The notes: generated by a model not told the origin, from the sequence alone. 32,000 bases of DNA from Nostoc punctiforme PCC 73102 (GCF_000020025.1 NC_010628.1:1830001-1862000); one strand, 5' to 3'; shown: positions 1 to 9,586, numbered from the stretch's first letter. Numbers and translations are program-made.

Positions 1-210
1 TATAGGGACTTGTTGATGATTTACTTGCAATGCTTCAAATGCTTTTTGGGTTTGCTTTGATATTGGTTCACCGACTCTAGGATGAAAACTATATATAGGT
101 GTATCTTTCAATTCTCCACAGAACTTACGAATACTTTCTGCAAGCATTAATGACTGAGCTTCTAAGCGCCCAGGTTCTGTACAAATTATAAAAGCTATAG
201 GTATTGACAT
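1..210 (-). CDS. 5' fragment (70 codons visible) of an uncharacterised gene, the last visible gene of the minus-strand polysaccharide operon; it continues past the left edge
   Basis: ATG at 210 (CAT at 208-210) and open to position 1: MSIPIAFIICTEPGRLEAQSLMLAESIRKFCGELKDTPIYSF... It lies 24 nt downstream of the GT4 stop on the same strand. It is absent from the ORF track because it runs off the window. The N-terminal strand-helix pattern loosely recalls GT-A/GT8-type transferases, but that is only a guess. Confidence 0.45.
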   Translation of the reverse strand, partial: MSIPIAFIICTEPGRLEAQSLMLAESIRKFCGELKDTPIYSFHPRVGEPISKQTQKAFEALQVNHQQVPI

Positions 211-234
211 ATTATGAAGTATTTATTTACTAAA

Positions 235-1506
235 TTAGTTACTAAATGGAGATTTCTTGCCTACCATCAATATTTCCTCAAATAAAGCTGAATAACGACG
301 TGCTTGAAGTTCTAGGGTGAATTCTTGTTCTGCTTTCTTGCGAGCATAGAATGACAGTTTTTCTAACCTCTGCTCATTTTCAAGTATCCAGGCAATTCCT
401 TTAGCGAAATCGTCAACTTCATAAGGGTTAGCTAAATAGCCATTTTGCTGATGCTCGACAATATCTTTTAAGCCAGTAGAATTAAATGCAACAACTGGAG
501 TACCACAAGCAAGTGATTCAGAAGCTGTCTGTCCAAAAGATTCTTGCAGAGATGGTACAAGCATCACATCAGCTGCCGAGTAAACAGTTGCTAAAGATAG
601 ATCATCATATAAATGCCCTAAATAGTATGTTTTAAAGCCTAAATCGGGTGGATTTTCCGGTTGAGATGCCCCAAAAATAACCACTTCAAAGTTGTCTTTC
701 CATCCGGCCTTACTCAATTCTTGTAGAGCTGGCTGCAACAAATGAAATCCTTTATTTCGATCGCTTGTTGCTTCTATAGCTCCAAAGAGAATCAGCTTCT
801 TATCTTGAGGTAACTTCAGTGTTTCTCGTGCAAAATGTTGATTAATAGGTCGATATTTTTGAGTATCCAATCCATGAGGAATCACCTCGATTCGCAAATT
901 CTGGAACAAAGAACTGGATCGAGCACACTCTGCTAACCAAGAACTTGGGGAAACCAGAGTTAAATTAATATTTTTCCAAGCTTTTACTTTGCGCCGCCAT
1001 ACCCAACGGGATAAATCCCACTCATTAATACTGTTGAGTTGAGGGCAAGCTCCACAGGATACTTTGTAGCGATCGCATTCTCCAATAACGTGACATCCTC
1101 CAGTAAACCCCCACATATCATGAAGAGTCCAAACTAGAGGATGCTTTAGCTTAGCGAACGTTTCTATTTGCATAAAAGCTCCGCTAATCCAATGCAAATT
1201 GATTATATCTGGATTAATCTGAGCAACTTTAGAAATAACTCTATCTGGCAACCATTGAATAAAAAATGGAGTATTTTTCTTTTGGGTATAAAGCTTTAAT
1301 GGTAGGCATTCAAATGTCAATTTGGCTTTGGCGATGCCTTGAAACAGTCTAATTTTAGGGGCAATTACTGTTTTATCATTACTAGATTTTTCCTGAACTA
1401 GCATTTGTGACTGTAGTCCTATATCTTGCAAACCTGTGTGCAAACGATAGGCAGCCCTTGCAGCACCCCCACCAATATCGTGAGTACTAAGATGTAAAAC
1501 TTTCAT
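235..1506 (-). CDS. Glycosyltransferase, GT-B fold, family 4-like
   Basis: 423-aa ORF. N-terminal MKVLHLSTHDIGGGAARAAYRL and C-terminal ...VMLVPSLQESFGQTASESLACGTPVVAF... are typical of GT4 retaining glycosyltransferases. Its start overlaps the upstream gene's 3' end by 20 nt. Confidence 0.85.
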   Translation of the reverse strand: MKVLHLSTHDIGGGAARAAYRLHTGLQDIGLQSQMLVQEKSSNDKTVIAPKIRLFQGIAKAKLTFECLPLKLYTQKKNTPFFIQWLPDRVISKVAQINPDIINLHWISGAFMQIETFAKLKHPLVWTLHDMWGFTGGCHVIGECDRYKVSCGACPQLNSINEWDLSRWVWRRKVKAWKNINLTLVSPSSWLAECARSSSLFQNLRIEVIPHGLDTQKYRPINQHFARETLKLPQDKKLILFGAIEATSDRNKGFHLLQPALQELSKAGWKDNFEVVIFGASQPENPPDLGFKTYYLGHLYDDLSLATVYSAADVMLVPSLQESFGQTASESLACGTPVVAFNSTGLKDIVEHQQNGYLANPYEVDDFAKGIAWILENEQRLEKLSFYARKKAEQEFTLELQARRYSALFEEILMVGKKSPFSN

Positions 1507-2761
1507 TTTCTTTAACTTCGTAATTACTAACTAAAATATTTTTATGATTTCGTTCATATTCAAGAGTCAAAGATAGTGACGTAGTTACATACATTAACCA
1601 ATTCCAACTGGGAGTTAATAATCTTGCTTCTGAAAAATTGACTATTACAATGATAATTAGCATCTGCATTGGCCAATAATCTTCCGGTTTTTTAGCAACA
1701 GAAATAATTCGAGTTAATGCCATTACAAAGAACCGAAAAAAGCCTGCTGCAAAAGTCAAAAAACCTAAAAATCCTAATTCTAACAATAGTTCTAAAAAAC
1801 CATTATGAGCATTACTTGCCCAATCATAAGTAGCTCTTAGATTAGATGCAGAAGTACTAGTCCAAAATCCAGAAAATCCATAACCTAGCCAGGGTCTTTC
1901 CCAAATCTTGGACATCACTAGCTCCCAGAGATCGGAACGTCCATTAAAGGTAAGGTCTTTGCCAGAAGTACTAACTATGGTATCGGCATTATTGATAAGT
2001 AATATTAAACCGATAATGAGTAACATTAAAGTCGAAGTAATTAGAATAACTTGTAATTTATAATTAGTTTTTTGAAATGATTTATAGACAGGTAAAAGTA
2101 ATATCATTGTTAATATAATCGTTAAAGATGTTGTGGAACGTGAGAGGATAATTAAACATATAGATATCCCACATATTCCCCACATCAACCAACGATATCG
2201 ATGGCTACTAAGAGCAAGGTGTAAAAAAACTCCTGTACTCCAAGCCATCATATATCCTAATTCATTTTTATGACCATAAATTCCACTCCACATACCTACT
2301 AATTCAGGTGATTGATGAATATAACCTGGTATGAATGCAGAAAATATCATAGATAATAATGCAGATACACCAAGCGCCCAAGCGATTAGTCTCATTTGTT
2401 CGCGGAGAGAATAACGCATTGCCAAATAGATTGCCAGAAAATATAGTCGGATTAAACCTCTCATATAAGTAAGACTAGAACTTAAGTCTCCTGACCACAA
2501 AAGAGAAAATATAACTATTGTTATTAAAAGAAACTGTAATGGACTTTTAGTAGTTACATAAAGAAAACCTTTCCAGTATACAAGTAGGAAATAAAATAGA
2601 ATTAAATATGAAACTATATTGAATATAGTATCTAGCTTGTCGCCTCCAAGGGTAGATATAGAAATTTCTTGTGCAGGGTGTATGGTCAATGCCCCTACAG
2701 TGATGAGTAATAGTAAGACAGTTAATATTTTTTCTGTTAATTTTACCTTAATTTCTGACAT
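1487..2761 (-). CDS. Polytopic membrane protein of the O-antigen ligase/polymerase (Wzy_C) family; probable Wzy-type polymerase
   Basis: 424-aa ORF that is almost entirely hydrophobic helices. The motif SNAHNGFLELLLELGFLGF after a larger loop is typical of the Wzy_C/O-antigen-ligase family. Neighbouring flippase and co-polymerase genes fit this role. Confidence 0.75.
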   Translation of the reverse strand: MSEIKVKLTEKILTVLLLLITVGALTIHPAQEISISTLGGDKLDTIFNIVSYLILFYFLLVYWKGFLYVTTKSPLQFLLITIVIFSLLWSGDLSSSLTYMRGLIRLYFLAIYLAMRYSLREQMRLIAWALGVSALLSMIFSAFIPGYIHQSPELVGMWSGIYGHKNELGYMMAWSTGVFLHLALSSHRYRWLMWGICGISICLIILSRSTTSLTIILTMILLLPVYKSFQKTNYKLQVILITSTLMLLIIGLILLINNADTIVSTSGKDLTFNGRSDLWELVMSKIWERPWLGYGFSGFWTSTSASNLRATYDWASNAHNGFLELLLELGFLGFLTFAAGFFRFFVMALTRIISVAKKPEDYWPMQMLIIIVIVNFSEARLLTPSWNWLMYVTTSLSLTLEYERNHKNILVSNYEVKENESFTS

Positions 2762-2793
2762 TTCATCTGTCTATTAATTTACTAGATGGGTTA

Positions 2794-3720
2794 CTATTTT
2801 TTGACTGTTGAATAATTTAATTTTTTCTTCAATTCTTCTTTAAGAATATCCAATGCAGTTGCTTTATAGACTGTTTTCTGCGTAAAAATATCTGCCTCTA
2901 TATTCCTCACAATAAATAGTGGATGTTTTAAGGGAAATTCTATTGCTTCCATCGACATATTAATAAAAGAAAATTTTTGCTTGGAATTGAAATGAGTTGC
3001 ATCTGCACCAACACCAACATTAGAAATTAAATTTACATTGGGAATAATGCTTAAGCTACCCTGCATCCAGCAAGCAAATGTCCATTGATAATCCCAGGTT
3101 ATACCTGTAGGATTGTCATAAACAGACTGGAATATTCGTCGCCAGGAATTTACTGCTTTTGGATCTATAAGAATGTCATGTAGAAGATTTTCTTCTTGTA
3201 CCTCTTTCCAAAGTTTCATAGTCAAATCATAATGTTGCCAAGCACGTCTCCAACTTGCCCAACCCCAGCAGTGGTTATAGCGCGAAAAATAGTAACTGTA
3301 ATTTGTACGTTTTCGCCCAAATTGAACATTTTGGGCAGAGATGGTGGCAATTCTAGTATCATATCTATATTTTTCCAGCAGTTCTTCACTAAATCTGAAA
3401 AAAGTTGGGTGAGGTATACAATCATCTTCTAAAATAATTGTCTCTTCTACATTATTAAATACCCAATCTAAACCACTAGATACTCGTTTCGCACAACCTA
3501 AGTTGAGATCAGCATAATTTTTAATAACTTCACATTCCCAATCAACTCTCTCAATAATTGCCCTAGTTTCTTCACACTTTTCTGCTTCCCCTTCACGGTT
3601 GCTGCGGGGACCATCTGCAATGACAAAAAGTTTTTTTGGCTTGGCTTGGCGAATAGCTTCAAAAACTTTCTCTGTTTTTTGTGAGCGATTAAAAATAATA
3701 AAAGTTATTGGTGTTTGCAT
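2794..3720 (-). CDS. GT-A fold glycosyltransferase of the GnT-I-like ('HlpA-like') type
   Basis: 308-aa ORF. It has an N-terminal Rossmann-like ITFIIFNRSQKTEKVFEAIRQAKPKKLFVIADGP and an acidic ILEDDC motif (EDD, nt 3421-3429), with Trp-rich CWGWASWRRAW downstream. I recall near-identical N-termini annotated as GT2 or 'hemolytic protein HlpA-like' in cyanobacteria. Confidence 0.6.
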   Translation of the reverse strand: MQTPITFIIFNRSQKTEKVFEAIRQAKPKKLFVIADGPRSNREGEAEKCEETRAIIERVDWECEVIKNYADLNLGCAKRVSSGLDWVFNNVEETIILEDDCIPHPTFFRFSEELLEKYRYDTRIATISAQNVQFGRKRTNYSYYFSRYNHCWGWASWRRAWQHYDLTMKLWKEVQEENLLHDILIDPKAVNSWRRIFQSVYDNPTGITWDYQWTFACWMQGSLSIIPNVNLISNVGVGADATHFNSKQKFSFINMSMEAIEFPLKHPLFIVRNIEADIFTQKTVYKATALDILKEELKKKLNYSTVKK

Positions 3721-3775
3721 ATTGGATGAATTTGGCTAATTTCAATTTATAGATAAGGCTAAAGATAAACAATAA

Positions 3776-5140
3776 TCAAAACTTATAAAAAGGAAGTAGC
3801 GATCGCACCTGAATATTAAATATTTTTTGTGTTCTTTTATCAAACCCATTGCATAGAAAAGCAGCAGAAGCTTGAGATATTATTGTTGCGATCGCAGCAC
3901 CAAATCCTGCATATTTAGGAATCAACAATAAATTAAGAATAATATTCAATATTGCCCCAAATAAAGTTTTACCTAAAGAAACATGATTCAAACTTTCAGC
4001 AATAAACCACGGTGAGGTTGCAAGACCCATAAATACAAACAAAGAAGTCCAAATATGAACTGCTAATATCGGTCCTGCTTGTGCATATCCACTTCCAAAC
4101 ATCACCATAATTATTTTGTCAGATAGAAATGTCATTGGCAGAGCAATTGCAAAGGATATATATGTCAGGAGACGGAGTAATTGTCCTATTCGCTGATAAT
4201 AAAGACTTTCTGATTTTTCCTTAGCTGCGTAAATTGAAGGAGCAACAGAAGAGACAATAGCCGCCGGAATAAAATACCAAATTTCAGAAACACGAACCGC
4301 AGCAGAATAAATTCCAACCTCCTCATCTCCAATCATTTGACCTAACATCACCTGATCGATTCTCATAAAAATCATGATGGCGAACCCCGAAAAAATTAGA
4401 GGTAAACTCTCTTTCAAAAGAGTTTTGGCAGTAGTAAAGTTCCAACGCCATAACAACACCGAGATCCCTCTGGCTTGGTAAACAATCAGCAAGCCAATTG
4501 CACTCATTGCAAATTCTGCTAATGTTACCCAAGCAAAAGCTAACAATGGTGCTTTTGTTAAAATTAGTGCTATTTTGATGAGAGTATTTAGCAGAAAAGC
4601 TATATTCTTAGCGATTACACTGAATTTTGACTGCACCTGTGATTGAAACCACAGTTCAATAGTATCAGCCGCCCTAAAAATCCCTGCCATTCCTAAAATT
4701 GCAACTAGCCATATCTTCAGTGTTTCATGCTCACCTAAGAAGAAGATACTGCCAACTGCTAATAAGACAGAGGCAATTCCACCGAGCAACTTTAGCCAAA
4801 AAGTGGTTCCTAAAATTTCCTCTTTGTTTGATGATTGACGGACAATATGGCGAACTACTACATCATCTAGTCCAAGAGTAAAAATCGGACTAAATAAGCT
4901 AACAAAGGCTAAAACATAGTTAAATAGACCATACTGCTGTACCCCTAAATAGCGTGCTACCCATACTCCTACTACCAAGCTTGCACCCATACGGAGAATG
5001 CGGTCAGCAAACAACCAACCTGTATTAGCAATAATTGCACGTAAGCCAGAACGAGATTTTAATTGTGATAAGCTTTTAAGTCTTAATTTACTTAGCATTA
5101 CTTTTTTTAACCATGTGACACTCTCTATAACAATATGCAA
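3776..5140 (-). CDS. Wzx-type polysaccharide flippase (MOP/PST family)
   Basis: 454-aa ORF with about 12-14 hydrophobic segments. The N-terminus ...IANTGWLFADRILRMGASLVVGVWVARYLGVQQYGLF... is typical of PST-family flippases. A more likely start is the ATG at 5098 (MLSKLRL...). Confidence 0.8.
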   Translation of the reverse strand: MHIVIESVTWLKKVMLSKLRLKSLSQLKSRSGLRAIIANTGWLFADRILRMGASLVVGVWVARYLGVQQYGLFNYVLAFVSLFSPIFTLGLDDVVVRHIVRQSSNKEEILGTTFWLKLLGGIASVLLAVGSIFFLGEHETLKIWLVAILGMAGIFRAADTIELWFQSQVQSKFSVIAKNIAFLLNTLIKIALILTKAPLLAFAWVTLAEFAMSAIGLLIVYQARGISVLLWRWNFTTAKTLLKESLPLIFSGFAIMIFMRIDQVMLGQMIGDEEVGIYSAAVRVSEIWYFIPAAIVSSVAPSIYAAKEKSESLYYQRIGQLLRLLTYISFAIALPMTFLSDKIIMVMFGSGYAQAGPILAVHIWTSLFVFMGLATSPWFIAESLNHVSLGKTLFGAILNIILNLLLIPKYAGFGAAIATIISQASAAFLCNGFDKRTQKIFNIQVRSLLPFYKF

Positions 5141-5203
5141 ATTTTTAATAGCTTGCTAAATTCATCAAAATAGATTGAATTAAATTAGTATTTTATATAA
5201 TTA

Positions 5204-6163
5204 TTATTGGCTACTATTTTTTAATTTCCCACTCATTAAAATTTTTAAAAAGTAGTTGAATAACAAAACACTGCCCTTAATTTTCCAATAAAAGTTAGGC
5301 TCAAACAAAAATATTATTTTCAAATATGAAATAAAATCTTGGAGTTTCGGACATGGGATTGTTTTTAGCTCATCAAGAGATGTGAAAGCCAATAATAATG
5401 GTAGGCTCAAATTATTTGTTTGAATAATGTAATTAAATAAAGAATTGCGTTTCCAAAATCTTTTGTATTCATAGTTTTTGTCTATATCTAAAATTTTCTT
5501 GTTATGATACTGGTTATTTTGATGTATTCTATACATCACTAAAGGATTAGACATATAAAACTTTTTAGCCCCTACCAAAGAGGCTCCCCATACCAGGCAG
5601 TCATCAGCCCTTACACGCCAATCTTCTGTCTTTGGAATAGGTAAAAATTTGGTAATTATTTCTCGACGTATTGACAATGTTGAAGTAATAGAGCCAATCC
5701 ATTCACCATTGCATAAAGTTCGGATTACTGAATAACCCAAATCTAAATCAACTGCATCAGCTTGAAATATTCCTTCTTCTGTCCCAAATTTTTTATATGC
5801 ACAAAATAGGAAGTCACATTCACTACGTCTCTTATAAAAATTTAGGGCATTTTCTAAATATTGAGGTTCATAAATATCATCAGCATCTAAAAAAAATATA
5901 ATCTCTCCAGTCGCTGTTAAAAAACCTTCGTTAAAGGATGATAATTGTCCTTGGTTTTTTTCTTTAAAGATACATTTAACATTCTCTATTTGAGTAAATC
6001 TACCAAGGACTTCCGCAGAATTATCTGTGGATGCGTCATCAACAACAATAATCTCATCAAATTTAACCGTTTGATTTAAAGCACTATCAATTGCCTCTGA
6101 AACAAATTCAGCATAATTGTAGTTATTAATTAAACAAGATGTTTTGATTTTGTCTTTATCCAT
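5204..6163 (-). CDS. Glycosyltransferase family 2
   Basis: 319-aa ORF. CLINNYNYAEFVSEAIDSALNQT...IIVVDDASTDNS...FLDADD are classic GT2 (GT-A) motifs. Confidence 0.85.
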   Translation of the reverse strand: MDKDKIKTSCLINNYNYAEFVSEAIDSALNQTVKFDEIIVVDDASTDNSAEVLGRFTQIENVKCIFKEKNQGQLSSFNEGFLTATGEIIFFLDADDIYEPQYLENALNFYKRRSECDFLFCAYKKFGTEEGIFQADAVDLDLGYSVIRTLCNGEWIGSITSTLSIRREIITKFLPIPKTEDWRVRADDCLVWGASLVGAKKFYMSNPLVMYRIHQNNQYHNKKILDIDKNYEYKRFWKRNSLFNYIIQTNNLSLPLLLAFTSLDELKTIPCPKLQDFISYLKIIFLFEPNFYWKIKGSVLLFNYFLKILMSGKLKNSSQ

Positions 6164-6226
6164 ATAGAAATACCTCCCAAATGCAAAATAAAATAAATTA
6201 AGATACTTGCAGTGACATATATACGA

Positions 6227-8431
6227 TTAATGATCTTTGGTAAATTTGGTTAAGCTGCTAGATACTAAATCTTCTTCAATCTGTCGTTTTTTGCTTTCAG
6301 GCAAATAATTATTAGACTCATTTTTAATATTCACACCATTGATGACTATTCCTAACACCTTCTGACCTGACTGATTTAAAAATTCTTTAGCTGAATTGGC
6401 ACTGTTCAAATCAACAACTCCAGGGCGAACGACTAATAGGATACCGTCAGTGAGGGTGCTTAAAACAGCAGCATCTGCTATCCCTGAAAGAGGCGGTGTA
6501 TCAAAAATAACTAAATCGTAATCTTTACTAAAGTTACTTATCAATGTTGCCATCCGTTGAGAATCTAGCAGTGCTACTGGATTGGGAGGCAAAATTCCAG
6601 AAGTAAGAACTTCTAGATTAGGCATCACTTCTTGAACAACTGCATCTAAAGAAACTTGACCAACAATGACATTACTTAGTCCAACTGTATTGTTTAGACC
6701 CCAGATATGATGCTGTATGGGGTTACGCATATCTGCATCCACTAGTAAAACTCGACGACCCGCTTGAGCCATTGTCACAGCTAAATTTGCAGATACGTCA
6801 GACTTTCCTTCTTTACCAACAGAACTGGTGATTACAACGCTTTTGAGCGGTTTATCAGAACAGAGGAACTTCAAGTTTACTTGGAGTATTTGGTAGGCGT
6901 TACCAAGAGGGAAATAAGGAATATCTCTGCCAATAATTTTGGGAATAGGTCTATCAATTCCTGCTATGGAAGAATGAGTTTTAGGATTTTTGCTCTGTGT
7001 AGGAATTACTCCTAAAACAGTGTATTTCAAGACTTCTTTCGCCTCTTTAACTGTCTTCACTGAGCGGTCTATCAAGTCTAAACTAAAGGCGACAATGATA
7101 CCCAAGAAAAGACCAACTGCTCCTCCACCAACAATAAACAGGATTTTGCGAGGCCCTTCGGCTTTAGCGGGGACTAAAGCTAGGGAAATGACACGAGCAT
7201 TAGGAATCTTTTGGTTCTGTGCAATATCAATTTCTTGGCGTTTCTTTAAGAGGGTTTCGTAAGTCGTTTGAGCTGCTTGCAGCTTCCGTTCTAGCTCTCG
7301 TTGAGTCTGTTCTAGTCTTGGCAAATTATTTGCTCGTTTGATGTAAGCATCTTGCTGTCGCAAGAGGGTGGCAATTTGTCTTTCTAGACCAACGCGTTCT
7401 GCTTGAGCGCGAGTAATATCTGCAATTAAGCTTTGCCGCAGTTGCCCAAGCTGTAAACTTCCTTGTGTTATCTGGGCTGTTCCAGCAACTTGTCCTGTCC
7501 GCTCTTTCAACAAGTTCTTAAGAGCTACGACTTTTTCTTCTAAGCTAGTGATTGTAGGGTGTTCAGGTGAAAAACGAGTCCGCTCTATTGCTAGTTGACT
7601 TTCCGTTTCTTGGAGTTGGATAAGCACTTTTTGAACCCCAGGTGCTTGACTCAAGTCAGATGCGATTACACCCTGCCGTGAATCTAACTGAGCTTCACTG
7701 CCTAACTGTTGTAAACGACCTTTGACATCATCTAGTTGAGCTTGAGCTTGGGAAATTTGATTTCCTAGCTTGGAAATTGTATCGACTGCTGCGGTTGCTT
7801 CTTGTTGCAGGACAATAACTTTATTTTGTTCTTTAAATACTCGCAGTTTTGATTCGGCTCTCCTGACGACTTCCTCTGCTTTGGGTACTTCTGTTACAAG
7901 AACCCCTTTGGCTGTCCGTGCTTCATCCTGATTAGCCTGGATATTTAAATCGATATAACTTTTGATAACTTCATTAACGATTTTGGCAGCCAGTTTAGGA
8001 TCGCTGCTTTTATAAGAAATTTGTACAACATCAGTGCCCTTGATTCCTTCTATTTTTAGTTGGCTTGCCAAGTCGGGAATCGACAGTGTTTTGCCTTTAT
8101 TATCTTTGAGGCTGAGGGTATTAATTGTTCTGTCAATAACTGGATTTGAGCCAATAACTCTCACCTGAGTTTCCAGGGGATTGTCGTTTATATTCAAAGC
8201 TTCCAGCCGTCCTATGTCGTCCGGTAAGCCTGTAAGTGAGGAAGATCGATTTGTTTTAATCATCAAACTTCCTTCTGCCTTGTATGAGGGTTTTAGTGAA
8301 AAGGCATACAAGCATCCAAAGGTAACAGCTATGCTAAAAATTCCGACTAGAGGTAGCCAACGCCGTTGAATAACTTCTAAGTATTTCTGAATATTTACTT
8401 CTTCAAACTGTGGTAAAGCTTCCATCGCCAT
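6227..8431 (-). CDS. Wzc/GumC-like polysaccharide co-polymerase fused to a BY-kinase-type P-loop ATPase domain
   Basis: 734-aa ORF. It has an N-terminal TM helix (LVGIFSIAVTFGCLYAF), a long coiled-coil periplasmic region and a second TM helix (ILFIVGGGAVGLFLGIIVAF). These are followed by Walker A SSVGKEGKS, Walker A' LLVDADMRNP and Walker B DLVIFDTPP. Confidence 0.85.
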   Translation of the reverse strand: MAMEALPQFEEVNIQKYLEVIQRRWLPLVGIFSIAVTFGCLYAFSLKPSYKAEGSLMIKTNRSSSLTGLPDDIGRLEALNINDNPLETQVRVIGSNPVIDRTINTLSLKDNKGKTLSIPDLASQLKIEGIKGTDVVQISYKSSDPKLAAKIVNEVIKSYIDLNIQANQDEARTAKGVLVTEVPKAEEVVRRAESKLRVFKEQNKVIVLQQEATAAVDTISKLGNQISQAQAQLDDVKGRLQQLGSEAQLDSRQGVIASDLSQAPGVQKVLIQLQETESQLAIERTRFSPEHPTITSLEEKVVALKNLLKERTGQVAGTAQITQGSLQLGQLRQSLIADITRAQAERVGLERQIATLLRQQDAYIKRANNLPRLEQTQRELERKLQAAQTTYETLLKKRQEIDIAQNQKIPNARVISLALVPAKAEGPRKILFIVGGGAVGLFLGIIVAFSLDLIDRSVKTVKEAKEVLKYTVLGVIPTQSKNPKTHSSIAGIDRPIPKIIGRDIPYFPLGNAYQILQVNLKFLCSDKPLKSVVITSSVGKEGKSDVSANLAVTMAQAGRRVLLVDADMRNPIQHHIWGLNNTVGLSNVIVGQVSLDAVVQEVMPNLEVLTSGILPPNPVALLDSQRMATLISNFSKDYDLVIFDTPPLSGIADAAVLSTLTDGILLVVRPGVVDLNSANSAKEFLNQSGQKVLGIVINGVNIKNESNNYLPESKKRQIEEDLVSSSLTKFTKDH

Positions 8432-8510
8432 AATAAAAAAGTTTTAAAATAATGACTATTTGTATTTGTAGTAGATTTTTCTCGGTATTTTAGAGCAATA
8501 GTACTATAGA

Positions 8511-9586
8511 TTACTTCGTGTTAGTAATATTCGCTGTATCATATTGATGATTCTGTTAATTTTCAACTGTTTTAAAACCAAAGTATTGCCTGATATACTG
8601 ACTTACGGTATATATTCGAATAAACTACGCCAAACCTGTTCGCTGCATATATATTAGATAGTTTAATAAGTAGCGATTTTAACAGGCAGAGATTCATACT
8701 CTCCTAAGAGTATCAACAGAATAATTCACAATTTTCTTTGTAATTTATTTAGCTAGCGTTCTTTTTTTTGCTTAACTCACTTTTGTGTTGATACTGTTGT
8801 AATTGTTGATTAGTAACTTAACATTTAATATCATATTATGTAAGAACACTTAATTGAATAACTTTACAAAAAATTCATATAATAATATGCCAGTATATTC
8901 TCTGCACATTCGCTAATTTTGAAAAGATGAGAGGAATTAATGCTTTAAGGGTAAGGAATATACAATTTTGCCAGCCTACAAGCAATGTAAGGACTTCAGA
9001 GGTAGGCTTTTCGTAGGGAAAAGAGACAATTGTAAAGATTCTATGGATATTTACGTAAGCTTTTAAAAAGCTTACGGCAACAATTAATTCTTACTCTGAA
9101 TAACGATAAGTTTGGCAATTATCCAGGACTGGCAATACTAAGATTATGTGAGTTGAGTATTGAAGTTGTAATAACTCGTACTCAGTTGAATTTGCCCAGA
9201 CTAATGAAGGTTTTTTGATGTGGCTTGAAGTGTGAAAATTACAACACAGTTCCCATCCTTGGTTTATAGCCCAATATTTTAGGTTTACCTGTAAACTTGC
9301 AATTACCTTGTTTATATTCTGCTATAGAGGCAAAATAAGCCTTCCAAGATTTATCCAACAGTTTAGATTTTGTCTTATCTGTGTAACTGTATAGTAACAC
9401 GCTTCAGAGATAAACGGCTAGTAATACGGGTAACGAAATATTAATTAGTACAGTTACAACGGAAGATAGATAAGAGGGTAGTGTCAAATTCAGATGTTTT
9501 AGAGGATGGATTGCTTAACTACTTCCTCCTGGATAAAAGTCTATATACACTTAGACTCCACTATATTTTTAATGAAGTTTAACCAT
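8511..9586 (-). pseudogene. tnpB: Heavily decayed IS200/IS605-family tnpB (OrfB/IS1341-like) fossil
   Basis: By-eye minus-strand translation gives TnpB-like blocks in the right order, broken by many stops and frameshifts. Block 1: MVKLH*KYSGV*VYIDFYPGG... (start near 9586). Block 2: ...KSKLLDKSWKAYFASIAEYKQGNCKFTGKPKILGYKPRMGTVL* (9239-9403). Block 3: IFTLQATSKNLH*SGQIQLS. Block 4: IAKLIVIQSK. Block 5: ISIESLQLSL..KSLPLKSLH (compare IGIDLGxNNL...PLKSIN). Block 6: FLHNMILNVKLLINNYNSIN (compare yLHKxSrxII). Block 7: LIYMQRTGLA*FIRIYTVSQ (compare YKAexxGIxVxxxxExYTSQ). Block 8: YDTANITNTK* (compare ADvNAAxNIxrK), ending near 8511. Confidence 0.45.
9054..9076. repeat. Perfect 23-nt palindrome CGTAAGCTTTT-A-AAAAGCTTACG
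   Basis: Read directly from the sequence: 11-nt arms around a single central A. It lies inside the tnpB fossil. Function unknown. Confidence 0.9.

Noticed and set aside
3196-8369. Short ORFs nested in or antisense to the polysaccharide genes (3196-3432+, 3222-3425-, 4323-4532-, 4699-4881+, 6990-7262+, 8181-8369+).
   Set aside because: Each is fully contained in a longer ORF with clear family motifs. None has a recognisable motif of its own.
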